Part shown: positions 25,453-36,007 of the stretch, piece after piece
How positions within the stretch are numbered: the first letter of the stretch is position 1
How the letters are laid out: each line of letters opens with the position of its first letter
From: an uncultured Planctomycetota bacterium
GTDB lineage: Bacteria; Planctomycetota; Planctomycetia; Isosphaerales; Isosphaeraceae
Assembly: GCA_963737655.1 (NCBI GenBank)
Contig: CAVTTN010000002.1
Span: 1 to 64,000, forward strand
DNA: 64,000 nt
Direction of reading: 5' to 3'
Made by a program: the position numbers and the translations under genes
The notes under the pieces: model-generated
What the model saw: only the letters and a program-made list of their open reading frames with translations
Told to the model about the DNA's origin: nothing
Databases searched by the model: none

Positions 25453-25806
25453 TCAATGTCGTGGGGCCACTTCCGCTGTGTCGTTCGGCAACGTCGAATC
25501 AGCTGTAATCCTCCCGCGAGCAACGCATTTGTTGCCCTCGTACAGTTCGAACTCCCTGCCCTCACGAAGTGAGTCGTGCGGTGCCTCGTCAAAGAGGTAA
25601 TGAACGTCGGCGACCCACCGAAACTCCGTGCTGAGTGATTCACGCTTGACGATGACTAACGACCAGGACGCACCTGCCGGGGGCCAAGGATCGTCGAGGA
25701 ACCGCACTTCGGTGGCATATGCAGGAATTCCGACTCCGAGAGGGGGCCTGGAACGCCCGCCATCAGCCTTTGGAATCCAGTCCACTACCGCACACTTCGT
25801 GACCAT
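25453..25806 (-). CDS. Stand-alone EF-Tu domain III-like protein, putative immunity protein
   Basis: VDWIPKADGGRSRP...LREGREFELYEGNKCVARGRI resembles EF-Tu VYILSKDEGGRHTP...GLRFAIREGGRTVGAGVV; directly follows the toxin-like ORF. Confidence 0.6.
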   Translation of the reverse strand: MVTKCAVVDWIPKADGGRSRPPLGVGIPAYATEVRFLDDPWPPAGASWSLVIVKRESLSTEFRWVADVHYLFDEAPHDSLREGREFELYEGNKCVARGRITADSTLPNDTAEVAPRH

Positions 25807-26165
25807 TTCGATGACTCCAAGGGGCGTGGTTTGAGCGGCGGCAAGTCATCGTTATGGAGATAACGCGCCGGGCGATGACCGTCGAGATTCGGACGAGTAG
25901 AGAGACTCGGAGCGTTGTTCGGGACGTCAACTTCGATGAGTTTATACTTCCCGTCGGGGAACAAGGGACGTGTCCTGCTATTCCCTAGGGCGTGGGACTT
26001 GGCGCCTTCGAGGGAGTCGGCAAACCATTTCCCTTCGAGCGAGTTGGGGCCTTGTCGAAGTTGGCCGGTCTTGAGTATGTCCTGATACTCCGCCTCACTT
26101 ACCGCACGGTAGACGCGAGTGTAACCGTCGGGCACCGGCAACTTGTTCGGGGCGTGAACGCCTAC
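25785..26165 (-). pseudogene. Orphan C-terminal polymorphic-toxin tip, putative ADP-ribosyltransferase fold
   Basis: RVYRAVSEAEYQDILKTGQL...KWF...YKLIEVDVP; begins at the IS end with no native start. Confidence 0.55.
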
Positions 26166-26262
26166 GGTCCACGAGATTGACGCCTTTATCGGCGGCAAGT
26201 AAAACTTCGTACAGTCGATCAAGGAACACGACGAAAACGCTCGGGGTTTAGAGGATCTCACC

Positions 26263-26766
26263 ATGCCCGCCCGCAAGGCCGACAAGACTTCCAAACCCGG
26301 AGACGGGCAACCGGTCGATAGCACGGAGGCACAAGGCGAAACGTCGCTGCCGGAAGCCATGACCGGCAGGGCAAGCCCCGCGAAGGCCGCGGTCGGCGAC
26401 AAGCCGGTTTTCGCCTACATCGCCAGCCTGCCGCAACCGCAGCGCGGCATCGCTGAGAGCGTCGACGCCCTGGGGACAAGGACGCTGCCCGGCTTACAGC
26501 GCTCCGTGAAGTGGGGCATGTCGTACTATGGGGTCGGCGACGGCTGGTGCTTCAGTTGCGGCGGCTTCGCCGGCCACGTCAAGCTCATGTTCATCAACGG
26601 AGCAGCGCTCGATCCGGTACCGCCGGTGACGCCGGTGGGGATGGGCAAGTCAACGCGGGGCGTGGAACTCGAATCCGTGGACGACATGGACGAAAGCCAG
26701 ATCGCTTCGTGGATGAAGCAAGTCGCGGCCGTGCCCGGTGTCGGGAGGAAGAAGCGTAAGGACTGA
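26263..26766 (+). CDS. DUF1801-domain protein
   Basis: VFAYIASLP...SVKWGMSYYG...VKLMFINGAALDP. Confidence 0.75.
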   Translation: MPARKADKTSKPGDGQPVDSTEAQGETSLPEAMTGRASPAKAAVGDKPVFAYIASLPQPQRGIAESVDALGTRTLPGLQRSVKWGMSYYGVGDGWCFSCGGFAGHVKLMFINGAALDPVPPVTPVGMGKSTRGVELESVDDMDESQIASWMKQVAAVPGVGRKKRKD

Positions 26767-26932
26767 AGGCGGCCGCGAAGACGGATGCCAGAGATCATGG
26801 ACTGGCGTGTACTTGCGGTGGGTCACGCGACATACTCCTTCTCCACTTCGCCGTTGACCTTCCGGCCCGCCGTGTGAGGGCTGGGGTGTGAGTAGCAATG
26901 GAACAGAAAACCGGCGCAAGGGCCTCCCATGA

Positions 26933-27520
26933 TCACGACGCCGGTGCCGTGGCCAGGTACCGGAGAGCCGTCCGCCGGCTGATGCCCAGAGCGGTGGCGA
27001 TCTCCTGCACCGTCAGGCCGCGGCCGCGCAGTTCCCCGGCACGTCGCGGTGGCGCCTTGGTCGTGCCTCGCTGTCGGCCGCGATAGACGCCCCGCTCCTT
27101 CGCCACCGCGATCCCCGCCGCTTGCCGCTCCCGCCGGTACTCCGACTCGATCTCCGCCAGCCCGAACAGCACGCTCGCCACCATCCGGCCCACCGCCCCG
27201 CTCAGGTCGATCTGCTGGGTCACGGCCACCACGCGGACCCCACGCTCGCACCAGTCGGCCAGCAGGTCCACGCCGTCACGCTGACGGCGGGAGAGCCGGT
27301 CCAGCTTCCAGACCACGACCGTCTTGATCGTCCCCGCGAAGACGCCCTTTCGCAGCCGATCGAACGCGGGCCGCTTCAGGGTGCGCCCGGTCTCCTTGTC
27401 CTCGAACCATCCGACCGCCGCCGGGTCGATCCCGTTGCCTTCGAGCCAGCGGCGGATCTCGGGCTTCTGGCTGTCGGTCTTCTGACGGGCGGACGAGACG
27501 CGGCAGTAGCAGGCGATCAT
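26933..27520 (-). CDS. tnpR: Serine resolvase
   Basis: YCRVSS, VWKLDRLSR, C-terminal HTH. Confidence 0.92.
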   Translation of the reverse strand: MIACYCRVSSARQKTDSQKPEIRRWLEGNGIDPAAVGWFEDKETGRTLKRPAFDRLRKGVFAGTIKTVVVWKLDRLSRRQRDGVDLLADWCERGVRVVAVTQQIDLSGAVGRMVASVLFGLAEIESEYRRERQAAGIAVAKERGVYRGRQRGTTKAPPRRAGELRGRGLTVQEIATALGISRRTALRYLATAPAS

Positions 27521-27728
27521 GCCGATGCCCCCGAGGCCAACCGCTCCGGCAGGACCGTCGGGCGATTGGAGTGCCCCGCCTGGTGCCAGATAGGATGTAG
27601 CCATTTTGTCACCACCCATCGGCTCTGGGAAGCCGATGGTTTACCGTGTCCGCGAATGCCTCGAACGCGGTGACCCTATTTGGCACTCGGCATCGAGGCG
27701 ACGAGGCTGTTTTCGGGAGGGGCCTTGG

Positions 27729-30700
27729 ATGCCCGTCGACTTCCTGACCGAGCATCAGCAGCGCCGCTACGGTCGCTACGCCGGTGAGCCCACACCTGCC
27801 CAACTGGAGCGATACTTTCACCTCGACGACAAGGATCGTGGTCTCATCGGTCGGTGCCGGAGCGAGCACACCCGCCTCGGCTTCGCCGCGCAACTCGGGA
27901 CGGTGCGATTCCTGGGCACCTTCCTGACCAACTCCGCCGAGGTCCCATCGGGGGTCGTCGCCTGCATCACCCGGCAACTGGGCATCACCGGGACCGAGGG
28001 ATTGAAACGTTACGCCACGAGCGAGAAGCGATGGGACCACGCCGCCGAGATCCGCCGGGCCTATGGCTACCGTGATTTCCACCAGGGCTCCGAGGCCGCG
28101 GCCTTGAACCGCTGGCTCGCCAACCGTGTCTGGGTCAGTGCAGAACGTCCCAGCGTCCTCTTCGACCTGGCGACGGCTCGGTTGGTCGAGCGCAAGGTCC
28201 TATTGCCGGGGGTCACGGTGCTGGCCCGCCTGGTGGCCCAGGTCCGTGACCGGGCCGCCTCGCGGTTGTGGCACACCTTGGCACGTACCCTGAAGCCATG
28301 CCAAGCGGCCCGCCTGGAGACGTTGATGGTCGCCGATGAGAGTTCACGGCCGTCACCCCTGGAGCGGCTCCGCCTCGCCCCGACGCGGGTCAGCGTCGTC
28401 GGCATGGTCGAGGCACTCGAGCGACTCCGGGAGATCCGAGCCCTCGGAATAGATCGCATCGACCTGTCGACCGTGCCGCCCGTGCGGGTCCAGGCCCTGG
28501 CCCGGTTCGCCGCCGCGGCACGGGCGCAAGCCATCGCCCGAATGCCCCCGCCACGCCGGCACGCAACCCTCCTGGCTTTCGCCAAGGTCCAGGAAACCGC
28601 GGCCCTCGATGACGTCGTGGACCTGCTCGATCAGTTGATCGCCGCGATGCTCGCCCGCGTCGAGCATGCCGGGCAGCGGCGCCGCCTCCGTACGCTCAAG
28701 GATCTTGACAGAGCTGAGTTGCAGCTCCACGAGGCATGCCGCGTTCTGCTCGACCCGGGATGTACCGACCGTCTCGTCCGCGACACCGTATTCGCCCGCG
28801 TCCCCCGGGACCAGCTCACCCAGGCCGTCGCCTTGGTCGCCGACCTGGTCGGGCCGCCCGACGACCATTACTTCGAGGACCTGCGGACCCGATACGGCCA
28901 GGTACGTCGCTTCCTGCCGGGCCTCCTGGAGGCGGTCGAATTCGCGGCGACCGACGCGGGCCGCCCCGCGACCGAGGCATTCGGCTTCCTCAAGGCGATC
29001 GAGGGACAGAAGCGACTTGACATGAGTCAGGCACCCCAGGCCATTCTGACCCCGGCCTGGAGGCGGATCGTCATCGGGCCGGAGGGCCGAGTCGACCGCC
29101 AGCTCTATACGTTTTGCGTCATGGAACGGCTGCAGGACGGCCTCAAACGCCGCGACCTGTTCGTGCCCGCCAGCCGCCGCTGGAGCGACCCGCACGCCAG
29201 GCTCCTGCAAGGGACAGCCTGGGAGAAGGTGCGGTCGCGCGTCTGCCGAACGTTGGGACGATCGCCGACGGCGGCCACGGAACTGGAGGGCCTCGGCAAG
29301 CAGCTCGGAGAAACATACCGGCGGACCGCGAACAACTTGCCGACCAACTCCGCCGTGACGATCGAGCGGGATGGCCGGCGCGACGTCCTGAGGCTCACGC
29401 CTCTGGACAAGCTGGACGAGCCTGCCAGTCTGGTCGATCTCCGCCGGGACGTGGCCGCGCGACTGCCCCGCGTGGACCTGACCGAGGTCCTCATGGAGGT
29501 CCGGGCCTGGACGGAATTCGCCGGCGAATTCCGCCACGTCAGCGAGGCCGACGCCCGGGTCGGCGACCTCGACTTGAGCCTCTGCGCCGTGCTCCTGGCC
29601 GAGGCTTGCAACATCGGCCTGGAGCCCCTGGTCCGCCCCGACGTCCCGGCGCTGACCCGCGGCCGGCTGTCCTGGGTGCAGCAGAACTACGTTCGCGCCG
29701 AGACGCTCACCAAGGCGAACGCCCGGTTGGTCGAATACCAGGCGCAGATCCCGCTGGCACGGGCCTGGGGCGGCGGCGAGGTCGCCTCGGCCGACGGCCT
29801 GCGGTTCGTCGTCCCGGTCCGCACCCTCAACGCCGGCCCGAACCCGAGGGATTTCCACACCGGCCGAGGCGTCACCTACTACAACTTCACCAGCGACCAG
29901 TTCACCGGCTTCCACGCCATCGTCGTACCGGGCACCATCCGAGATTCCTTGTTCATCCTCGAAGGCCTGCTGGAGCAACAGACCGGCCTGCGTCCTCACG
30001 AAGTCATGAGCGACACGGCCGGCTACAGCGACCTGGTTTTTGGACTGTTCTGGCTCCTGGGCTACCAATTCAGCCCCCGGCTGGCCGACTTCGGAGAAGC
30101 CCGCTTCTGGCGGGTGGACCCGAAGGCCGATTACGGTGCACTCGACGGCCTGGCCCGCCAGCGGATCAACATCCCGCGGATCGAGAGGAACTGGGACGAC
30201 CTGCTGCGGGTGGCCGGCTCGCTGAAGATGGGGGCAGTCAGCGCCTCGGAGCTGATCCGCGGCCTGCAGGGCGGCGGCCGCCCCTCGACGCTGGGCCGGG
30301 CGATCGGTGAGCTGGGCCGCGTGGCCAAGACGCTCTACCTGCTGAACTACGTGGATGACGATGGGTATCGCCGCCGCATCCTCACCCAGCTCAACCGGGG
30401 TGAGAGCCGGCACGCCATGGCGCGGGCGATCTTCCACGGCCAGCGGGGTGAACTCCGGCAGCGCTACCGCGAAGGCCAGGAGGACCAACTGGGGGCGCTG
30501 GGGCTGGTGGTAAACGCGGTGGTGCTCTGGAACACTCGCTATCTGGATGCCGCCCTGGCCCAGGTCCGCGCCCCTGGCGCGATGGTCAAGCCAAGGGATA
30601 TCGAACGGCTCTCGCCGCTGCTGCTCGATCATGTCAATGTGCTGGGCCGTTACGAGTTCGTCCTGAAGGAGTCCGTCCGGCAGGGACGACTGCGGCCGCT

Positions 30701-30737
30701 CCGGAAACCTGACGAAGCGGATGACCTGGCAGCGTGA
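27729..30737 (+). CDS. tnpA: Tn3-family transposase
   Basis: MPVDFLT start, ASADGLRF, SDTAGY, LNRGESRH. Confidence 0.95.
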   Translation: MPVDFLTEHQQRRYGRYAGEPTPAQLERYFHLDDKDRGLIGRCRSEHTRLGFAAQLGTVRFLGTFLTNSAEVPSGVVACITRQLGITGTEGLKRYATSEKRWDHAAEIRRAYGYRDFHQGSEAAALNRWLANRVWVSAERPSVLFDLATARLVERKVLLPGVTVLARLVAQVRDRAASRLWHTLARTLKPCQAARLETLMVADESSRPSPLERLRLAPTRVSVVGMVEALERLREIRALGIDRIDLSTVPPVRVQALARFAAAARAQAIARMPPPRRHATLLAFAKVQETAALDDVVDLLDQLIAAMLARVEHAGQRRRLRTLKDLDRAELQLHEACRVLLDPGCTDRLVRDTVFARVPRDQLTQAVALVADLVGPPDDHYFEDLRTRYGQVRRFLPGLLEAVEFAATDAGRPATEAFGFLKAIEGQKRLDMSQAPQAILTPAWRRIVIGPEGRVDRQLYTFCVMERLQDGLKRRDLFVPASRRWSDPHARLLQGTAWEKVRSRVCRTLGRSPTAATELEGLGKQLGETYRRTANNLPTNSAVTIERDGRRDVLRLTPLDKLDEPASLVDLRRDVAARLPRVDLTEVLMEVRAWTEFAGEFRHVSEADARVGDLDLSLCAVLLAEACNIGLEPLVRPDVPALTRGRLSWVQQNYVRAETLTKANARLVEYQAQIPLARAWGGGEVASADGLRFVVPVRTLNAGPNPRDFHTGRGVTYYNFTSDQFTGFHAIVVPGTIRDSLFILEGLLEQQTGLRPHEVMSDTAGYSDLVFGLFWLLGYQFSPRLADFGEARFWRVDPKADYGALDGLARQRINIPRIERNWDDLLRVAGSLKMGAVSASELIRGLQGGGRPSTLGRAIGELGRVAKTLYLLNYVDDDGYRRRILTQLNRGESRHAMARAIFHGQRGELRQRYREGQEDQLGALGLVVNAVVLWNTRYLDAALAQVRAPGAMVKPRDIERLSPLLLDHVNVLGRYEFVLKESVRQGRLRPLRKPDEADDLAA

Positions 30738-30780
30738 TGACTCCTGCGCCGGTTTTCTGTTCCATAGCTACTCACGCCCC

Positions 30781-31262
30781 ACAGTCTCGCGATGGACCTT
30801 CTCACCACGGTGCGGGCAACCACGCCGGAGCGGTTTGAGAGGCTCGTTGTCGATCTGCTGGTAAGAATGGGTTACGGCGGAACGAGGCGAGACGCAGGCC
30901 AGGCACTAGGGAGGAGCGGAGACGGAGGGATTGACGGCATCATCAAGGAAGACCGTCTCGGTCTCGACGCCATCTACATTCAGGCAAAGTGGTGGGCGTA
31001 CACAAACGGGGTTGGTAGGCCTGAGATCCAGAAGTTCGCAGGAGCCTTGCAAGGGCACCGAGCGAGGAAAGGGGTCTTCATCACGACGTCTTACTTCACC
31101 AGAGACGCCGAGGATTACGTGACTCGCATCGACAGCAAGATCGTTCTCATCGACGGGGAGACCCTTGCCCAGCTCATGATTGACCACGGGCTGGGGGTGG
31201 CCCCCATTGCTGCCTACGAGGTGAAGCGAATCGACTCGGATTATTTCACCGACGAGGAGTAA
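30781..31262 (+). pseudogene. mrr: Mrr restriction endonuclease catalytic domain, 5' part removed at the Tn3 end
   Basis: FERLVVDLL.MGY, DGGIDG, IYIQAK, KGVFITTS. Confidence 0.85.
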
Positions 31263-31347
31263 ACTCTCGAGGTCGATAGATTTGGGTCATCTTTGCGATA
31301 TGTCAACGTAAATGTTTCCGGTTTGCTGGCGTTTCAGGCATCGCCAA

Positions 31348-32667
31348 TCAGGTTCGGTCGGAGCCGCCGCCGAGGGCAAGCTCAATCGCGTATCTGCGGC
31401 GATCACGCATCGAGGCCGAGGACGTCCGAGCGTTGATCAGCACTCCCAGCTTCTCTAGATGCACGGGCCTCAAGACGACCATCGCTCTCCGCTCGCCATG
31501 CAGCGGGTGCCGAATTTCGATCCGGCTCTCCGTCGCTTGGTCGTGCGTGGTCGGGTAGAGAATCGTGGCCGACTTGCCCTCGTGGCTCATCGCATAAATC
31601 GAGAGCTGGTAGAGCATGTTCCTCGGCAACGCGTTCTCCCAAAGGTCCCGATACTTCGCATCCAGAATCGCCGCCACCTCTACCCCATGCGACACGACAA
31701 AATCCGGACGAGGCGTGGGGGCCTGACTCTGGCGCGGGTTCCATCCTGGCACGTAGGCAAACATCCCCGTAAGCCGGAACTCCGAGCGGACGACGTACTC
31801 CGTGAGATTACCCGAGAGGAATTTTCCCAAGAGGGTCTGGAAGAACCGATTCATGTCGAAGAGGAAACCAGGCATCTCTGGGCCACCCTTCACCTCATTC
31901 AGCGAGAGGCCTCCCGCCTCATAGAGGATGCGGATGAGCGAGACGGCCGGTTCATATTGCCTCGTCATCCGATCCATCTCGCCTGCCAGCCGCCCGAAGA
32001 CTTGCCGGTCGAGCCGGATCGGCGTGACGGTTTCGCTCATCAAATCGGCAAGCCGAGTCGCCTTGAGTCGCAGCCCCCGCTCCGTAGCCAGGGAGGCTGC
32101 CAGCCGAAGTCCAGAGAGAAGCACCCGGTTGATCAACCGATCCTGATCTCTCAGGTGATGGACGCAAGGCAACGTTGCATGCGCGGCCGAGCCGCCATTC
32201 GCCATGGCTTGGAAGTTGATCCGTCCTCGAGGCGAGGACAGCGCCTCATGTCGCCGCGTGTACGCCCGCTGGAGCCCTCTTGCGAAAAGCTCCCGAGCTT
32301 CCTCGACCAGCTGCCAGATGAGGATGTCCTGCAACCCGAGAGCTTGAGTCGCCTGGGTGATCGACGGCAGTAGTTGCAAGTCCCGCAGACCGTATGCGTC
32401 GCGAAGTAGCGAGTGCAGTGTTTCCGAGGCAAGCTTTGGGACAACGGTGATCTCCACCTGACCGAGCCTGACCCGCCCGACGAACGAAGTCGATCTCACC
32501 GATAGGCCCGTGTGGAGCTCCTGAACCTCCAGCATTTGTGTCTCGGATAACCGCCGGGCGAGGTCTCGGACGCGAGGTTCGCCTGCGAGCCCGACGCCCT
32601 CCGTCGGGCTCCCATTGGTGGGCGAGACGGTCTGCCACTCGGACAGCCGGATGGCGACGTCGGTCAC
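31348..32667 (-). CDS. mcrC: McrC-family restriction subunit
   Basis: FLFDMNRFFQ, RPDFVV...ILDAKYR, LYQL. Confidence 0.88.
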   Translation of the reverse strand: MTDVAIRLSEWQTVSPTNGSPTEGVGLAGEPRVRDLARRLSETQMLEVQELHTGLSVRSTSFVGRVRLGQVEITVVPKLASETLHSLLRDAYGLRDLQLLPSITQATQALGLQDILIWQLVEEARELFARGLQRAYTRRHEALSSPRGRINFQAMANGGSAAHATLPCVHHLRDQDRLINRVLLSGLRLAASLATERGLRLKATRLADLMSETVTPIRLDRQVFGRLAGEMDRMTRQYEPAVSLIRILYEAGGLSLNEVKGGPEMPGFLFDMNRFFQTLLGKFLSGNLTEYVVRSEFRLTGMFAYVPGWNPRQSQAPTPRPDFVVSHGVEVAAILDAKYRDLWENALPRNMLYQLSIYAMSHEGKSATILYPTTHDQATESRIEIRHPLHGERRAMVVLRPVHLEKLGVLINARTSSASMRDRRRYAIELALGGGSDRT

Positions 32668-34962
32668 GAGTCAGCTCCCGCTTCCTCCTCGTCCTCGCTC
32701 GACACGTCGCGCGTCTCGTCGTCGCGAGAAGTGCTCACGGCACGGAGCGACGTCAGGATGTCTGGGCAGGGAGCCAGTAGAGCCTGGACGAGCTCCGGGC
32801 TCGTTGGCTCCTCGAAGAGATCATGACGAATCGTCCGGTTCGCGAGATCCACCAGGCCGCCGCCGAGGATATTGTGGAGGGCTTCGAAGTCCTCGTAGCA
32901 GTACTCCTCCAGCAGAGGGATGATCTCGTCACGGACGACGCGGAAGAATCGCGCGGCGTCCTTCAGGGGCCCGCGTCCTTCCATCAGGAACGAGTGGCCT
33001 ACCTGGAGATTCCGGGCGTCGCGCCCGACGTGCTCGCAGATTCTGCGGTTCAAAGAGTCCAGCCACGGACCCAGCGGGATGTCAGCGACCGTCGCCTGCT
33101 CCAGGATCGACGCGTCCGGCATCAGCTCGACGAATCCGAACCGGCGGCGAAGCGCGGTGTCGAGTAGAGCGATCGAGCGGTCTGCCGTGTTCATGGTCCC
33201 GATGAGCATGACGTTCGGCGGAACCCGGAAGGCCGACCGGCTCAGCGGCAGGACCACCGACTTGCCCCGCTTGTCCTTCTCGATCAGCGACATCAGCTCG
33301 CCGAAGATTCGTGGGACATCGCCCCGATTGATCTCGTCGATGATCAAGTAGAGAGGACGATCTGGCCGGCCTGCGGCGTCTCGGCAAACTTGCTTGAAGA
33401 TCCCGTCTCGGAGGGCGAAGTTCATCCGCCCGTCTTGCAGTTCCGGACGGAAACCTTCGATGAAATCCTCGTAGCCGTAAGCGGGGTGGAAGCTGACCAT
33501 CCGAACCACGCCGAGTGTCTCGGGACCTCCTTCCACTTCGGTCTTCTCGTCCTGGGACAGGCGTTCGAAGGGCTTCCCTGCGAGGGAGTAGGCGGCGAGA
33601 TCGAGCGCGGCGCGCTCAGCCCAATATGTTTTGCCGGTCCCCGGAGGTCCGTAGAGGATCACTTGCCCTTTGCGCTCGAGCGCAGCCTGGATGCGGCCCG
33701 CAACGCCTCCGAGACTGGGAGTTGCCGGAGTCGTGCCGGGCGCCCGTTCCGTAGGGGCTGGCGCACGACGTCCGGAGCGTCGAGCATGTGTCGTTCTGCT
33801 TGGACGAGATTGACGGTGGCCTTCTTGAGCCGGTGAACGGTCGTCTGGAGCCCCTCCGGCTCGGGCATCTTCCACTCGTCAAACGAGAGCCACTGTACCG
33901 GCCGGCGGTGCGGGAAGTCGGACCCCTCCGAGTAGGAATAGCCGCCGGTGACCCGGCCGACGCCGAGGACGGTCTGTCCGTCGCAGGCGAGGATGACGTC
34001 TCCCTGTGCGATCGTCGTGGCGAAGTTGAGTATCTGGTTAGCCGTCTTGCCTATTTGCTGGGGGCTTGCCGGATATCGCACCGCAAGAAGCTGGGCCAGC
34101 TTTTCCTTCGACGACGCATCCTTCTCTAAACTCAGGAGGTCTCCCAGGTCGGACCAACCGATCGCCGCACAGCCACCGTCCCGCATGAGCGACCACCGGT
34201 TCCGTGGCTGCTGGCCGTCGGAGGTGCCGATCCGCCAGTACGCGTGGGGCATCGAGTAGTGATGATTGAGTGTCGTCAGGTGGTTGATCGGGATCTCGAG
34301 CTCGTGGGCCGCGGCGACGAAACGACCGGCGCACAGGTAACGACCGTCCCCCTCCGGCGGGACCTGGAGCATCTTGATCAGGTGGAACCGCTGGTAGTCG
34401 GCGTTGTGATAGTCGTCGAGGAGATGGGCGCGAGCAGGCTGAAGTACTTGTGGCCCCAGGCAAGGTCCCTGACCGCCGGTGCGATCCGGTCGAGGTCCGC
34501 CTGCAGGGCACGATACTCGGCGTCGTCGGCGAGCTCGGGCAAGTTACCGACTCGTTCGGCTCCGTGGATCAGTTGGTCCCTGTGCCTCCGCGCGATCTCG
34601 ACCGCCTCCTTGACGCTCACTTCGCGCATGTCCTTCGGAGTTCCAGTCATCCACGCCTTGGTCTCGTTGCTCCGGAAGACGCCGAACTTCAGGGCACTGC
34701 CGCCGGCGATGCTGCCGAATTTCGCCGGGAACTCCTCGTCGTTCTTGAATTCGAGCCAGTAGACGAGGCTGTCCCTGTTGCCGTGGGCGTGCATCTTCTC
34801 GAGGAGCTCTTCGCCGTCGAGCTTCGCCAAAACTTCCGGCCCGAACCGGGTCCGGAAAGTTTGGTAGCAGGCGTCCAGTTGAGATCTTGAGAGGAGCTTC
34901 CCCTCGGCGGTGAGCCGCTTATGGTCATCAAGGAGTCGGGCCCTGATTCGGTCGTCAAGCAT
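32664..34962 (-). pseudogene. mcrB: McrB-family AAA+ GTPase with two frameshifts (near 34425 and 33720)
   Basis: GPPGTGKT, FHPAYGYEDF, IIDEINRG, GTMNTADRS; N-terminal domains lie in two other frames. Confidence 0.85.
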
Positions 34963-35372
34963 ATAAGCAGATCCGTCTCTGATTGGATGCCGGTGCTAAA
35001 GGGCCGCAAAAGACCGGCCGCTCGAATAGCACCATGATGCAGGATGCGGAGGCAAATGACATCTCCGCCCGCGATCATCGATCTGTTCCGCGGAGCGAAC
35101 ATCCTTTGGGAGCCGAGGAGCTGGGGTCGAAAAGAGCGACGCCGCGCCCGCGAGCGCAGCCCAGTTCGTCCGATCGAAGATCGCGGCGGCCGGCAGCGCA
35201 AATCGGGAGTCGGCGCCCCCGAATCCGGAGTATGTGGACGTAATCGTAGCCGACCGTTGCTAAATCGATGCGAAAGTCGGGTCTTACCGGCCCAGACTCA
35301 CTCGAGAATATCCGCCTTGCCGTGTCCGGCGACCCGGCGCATAATCCTTCAACTTTCTTGAAGGATTATGCA

Positions 35373-35975
35373 ATGCCCCGTTCGACCCGAGAAGCCGCAA
35401 GGTCGCTCCGCACGACGGCCCAGGAGCAGGGCGGCTATTTCACCGCAAAGCAAGCTAAAGTATCGGGTTACGACTATCCGCACCTCGAGTACCACCTGTC
35501 GACCGGGGCGTTCGAGCGGGTTGAGCACGGGCTCTACAGGCTCGCCGACATGCCAACGGCTGAGAATGAGGATCTCATTCGGCTTTCCCTCTGGAGCCGG
35601 AATCGCGCCGACGAACCGCAAGCCGTCGTGTCGCACGAATCGGCGTTGGTCCTGCACGATCTGACGGAGCTGCTCCCGAACGAGATTCACCTCACCGTAC
35701 CTCAGGGATTTCGAAAAGAAGCGCCACCGGGATGCGTTCTTCACAAGGCGGTCCTTGCGGCAGGCGACATCGAAGAGAGGATCGGTTTCCGGGCCACGAC
35801 CCCACTTCGGACGCTTCTTGACGTTGCGGCCGGCACCATCAGCCAGGAGCAGCTGGAGAGGGCGGTGGCGGAGGCTCTGGAGCGAGGCGTTGTTCGGAGG
35901 AGCAAACTCGTCGCGGCGATTCGCCGATCTCCCGGGCTGCATCGCCTCAGGCATGCATTGGGAGCGAGTCTCTGA
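35373..35975 (+). CDS. abiEi: Type IV TA antitoxin, AbiEi family
   Basis: QGGYFT, GLYRL, VVSHESALVLH, TTPLRTLLD. Confidence 0.88.
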   Translation: MPRSTREAARSLRTTAQEQGGYFTAKQAKVSGYDYPHLEYHLSTGAFERVEHGLYRLADMPTAENEDLIRLSLWSRNRADEPQAVVSHESALVLHDLTELLPNEIHLTVPQGFRKEAPPGCVLHKAVLAAGDIEERIGFRATTPLRTLLDVAAGTISQEQLERAVAEALERGVVRRSKLVAAIRRSPGLHRLRHALGASL

Positions 35976-36007
35976 GCTGAACGCGGACCGAAAAAGGCAA
36001 GGAAGCC

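Larger units (their letters stand above)
23917..26165 (+). mobile_element. IS66-family single-ORF element, copy A, with captured passenger DNA (transposase 23972-25423)
   Basis: Ends GTAGCCGTTC / GAACGCCTAC; 8-bp TSD GGCCCACG / GGTCCACG; NSSRPPSSD, DETGW, CWAHLRR, TNNAAERALR. Confidence 0.88.
26883..30780. mobile_element. Tn3-family transposon with divergent resolvase and transposase
   Basis: TIR GGGG(T/C)GTGAGTAGC(A/T)ATGGAACAGAAAACCGGCGCA; flanks GGGCT and ACAGT do not match. Confidence 0.93.

Noticed and set aside
28353..30632. 759-aa ORF antisense to tnpA
   Set aside because: Antisense shadow of the Tn3 transposase
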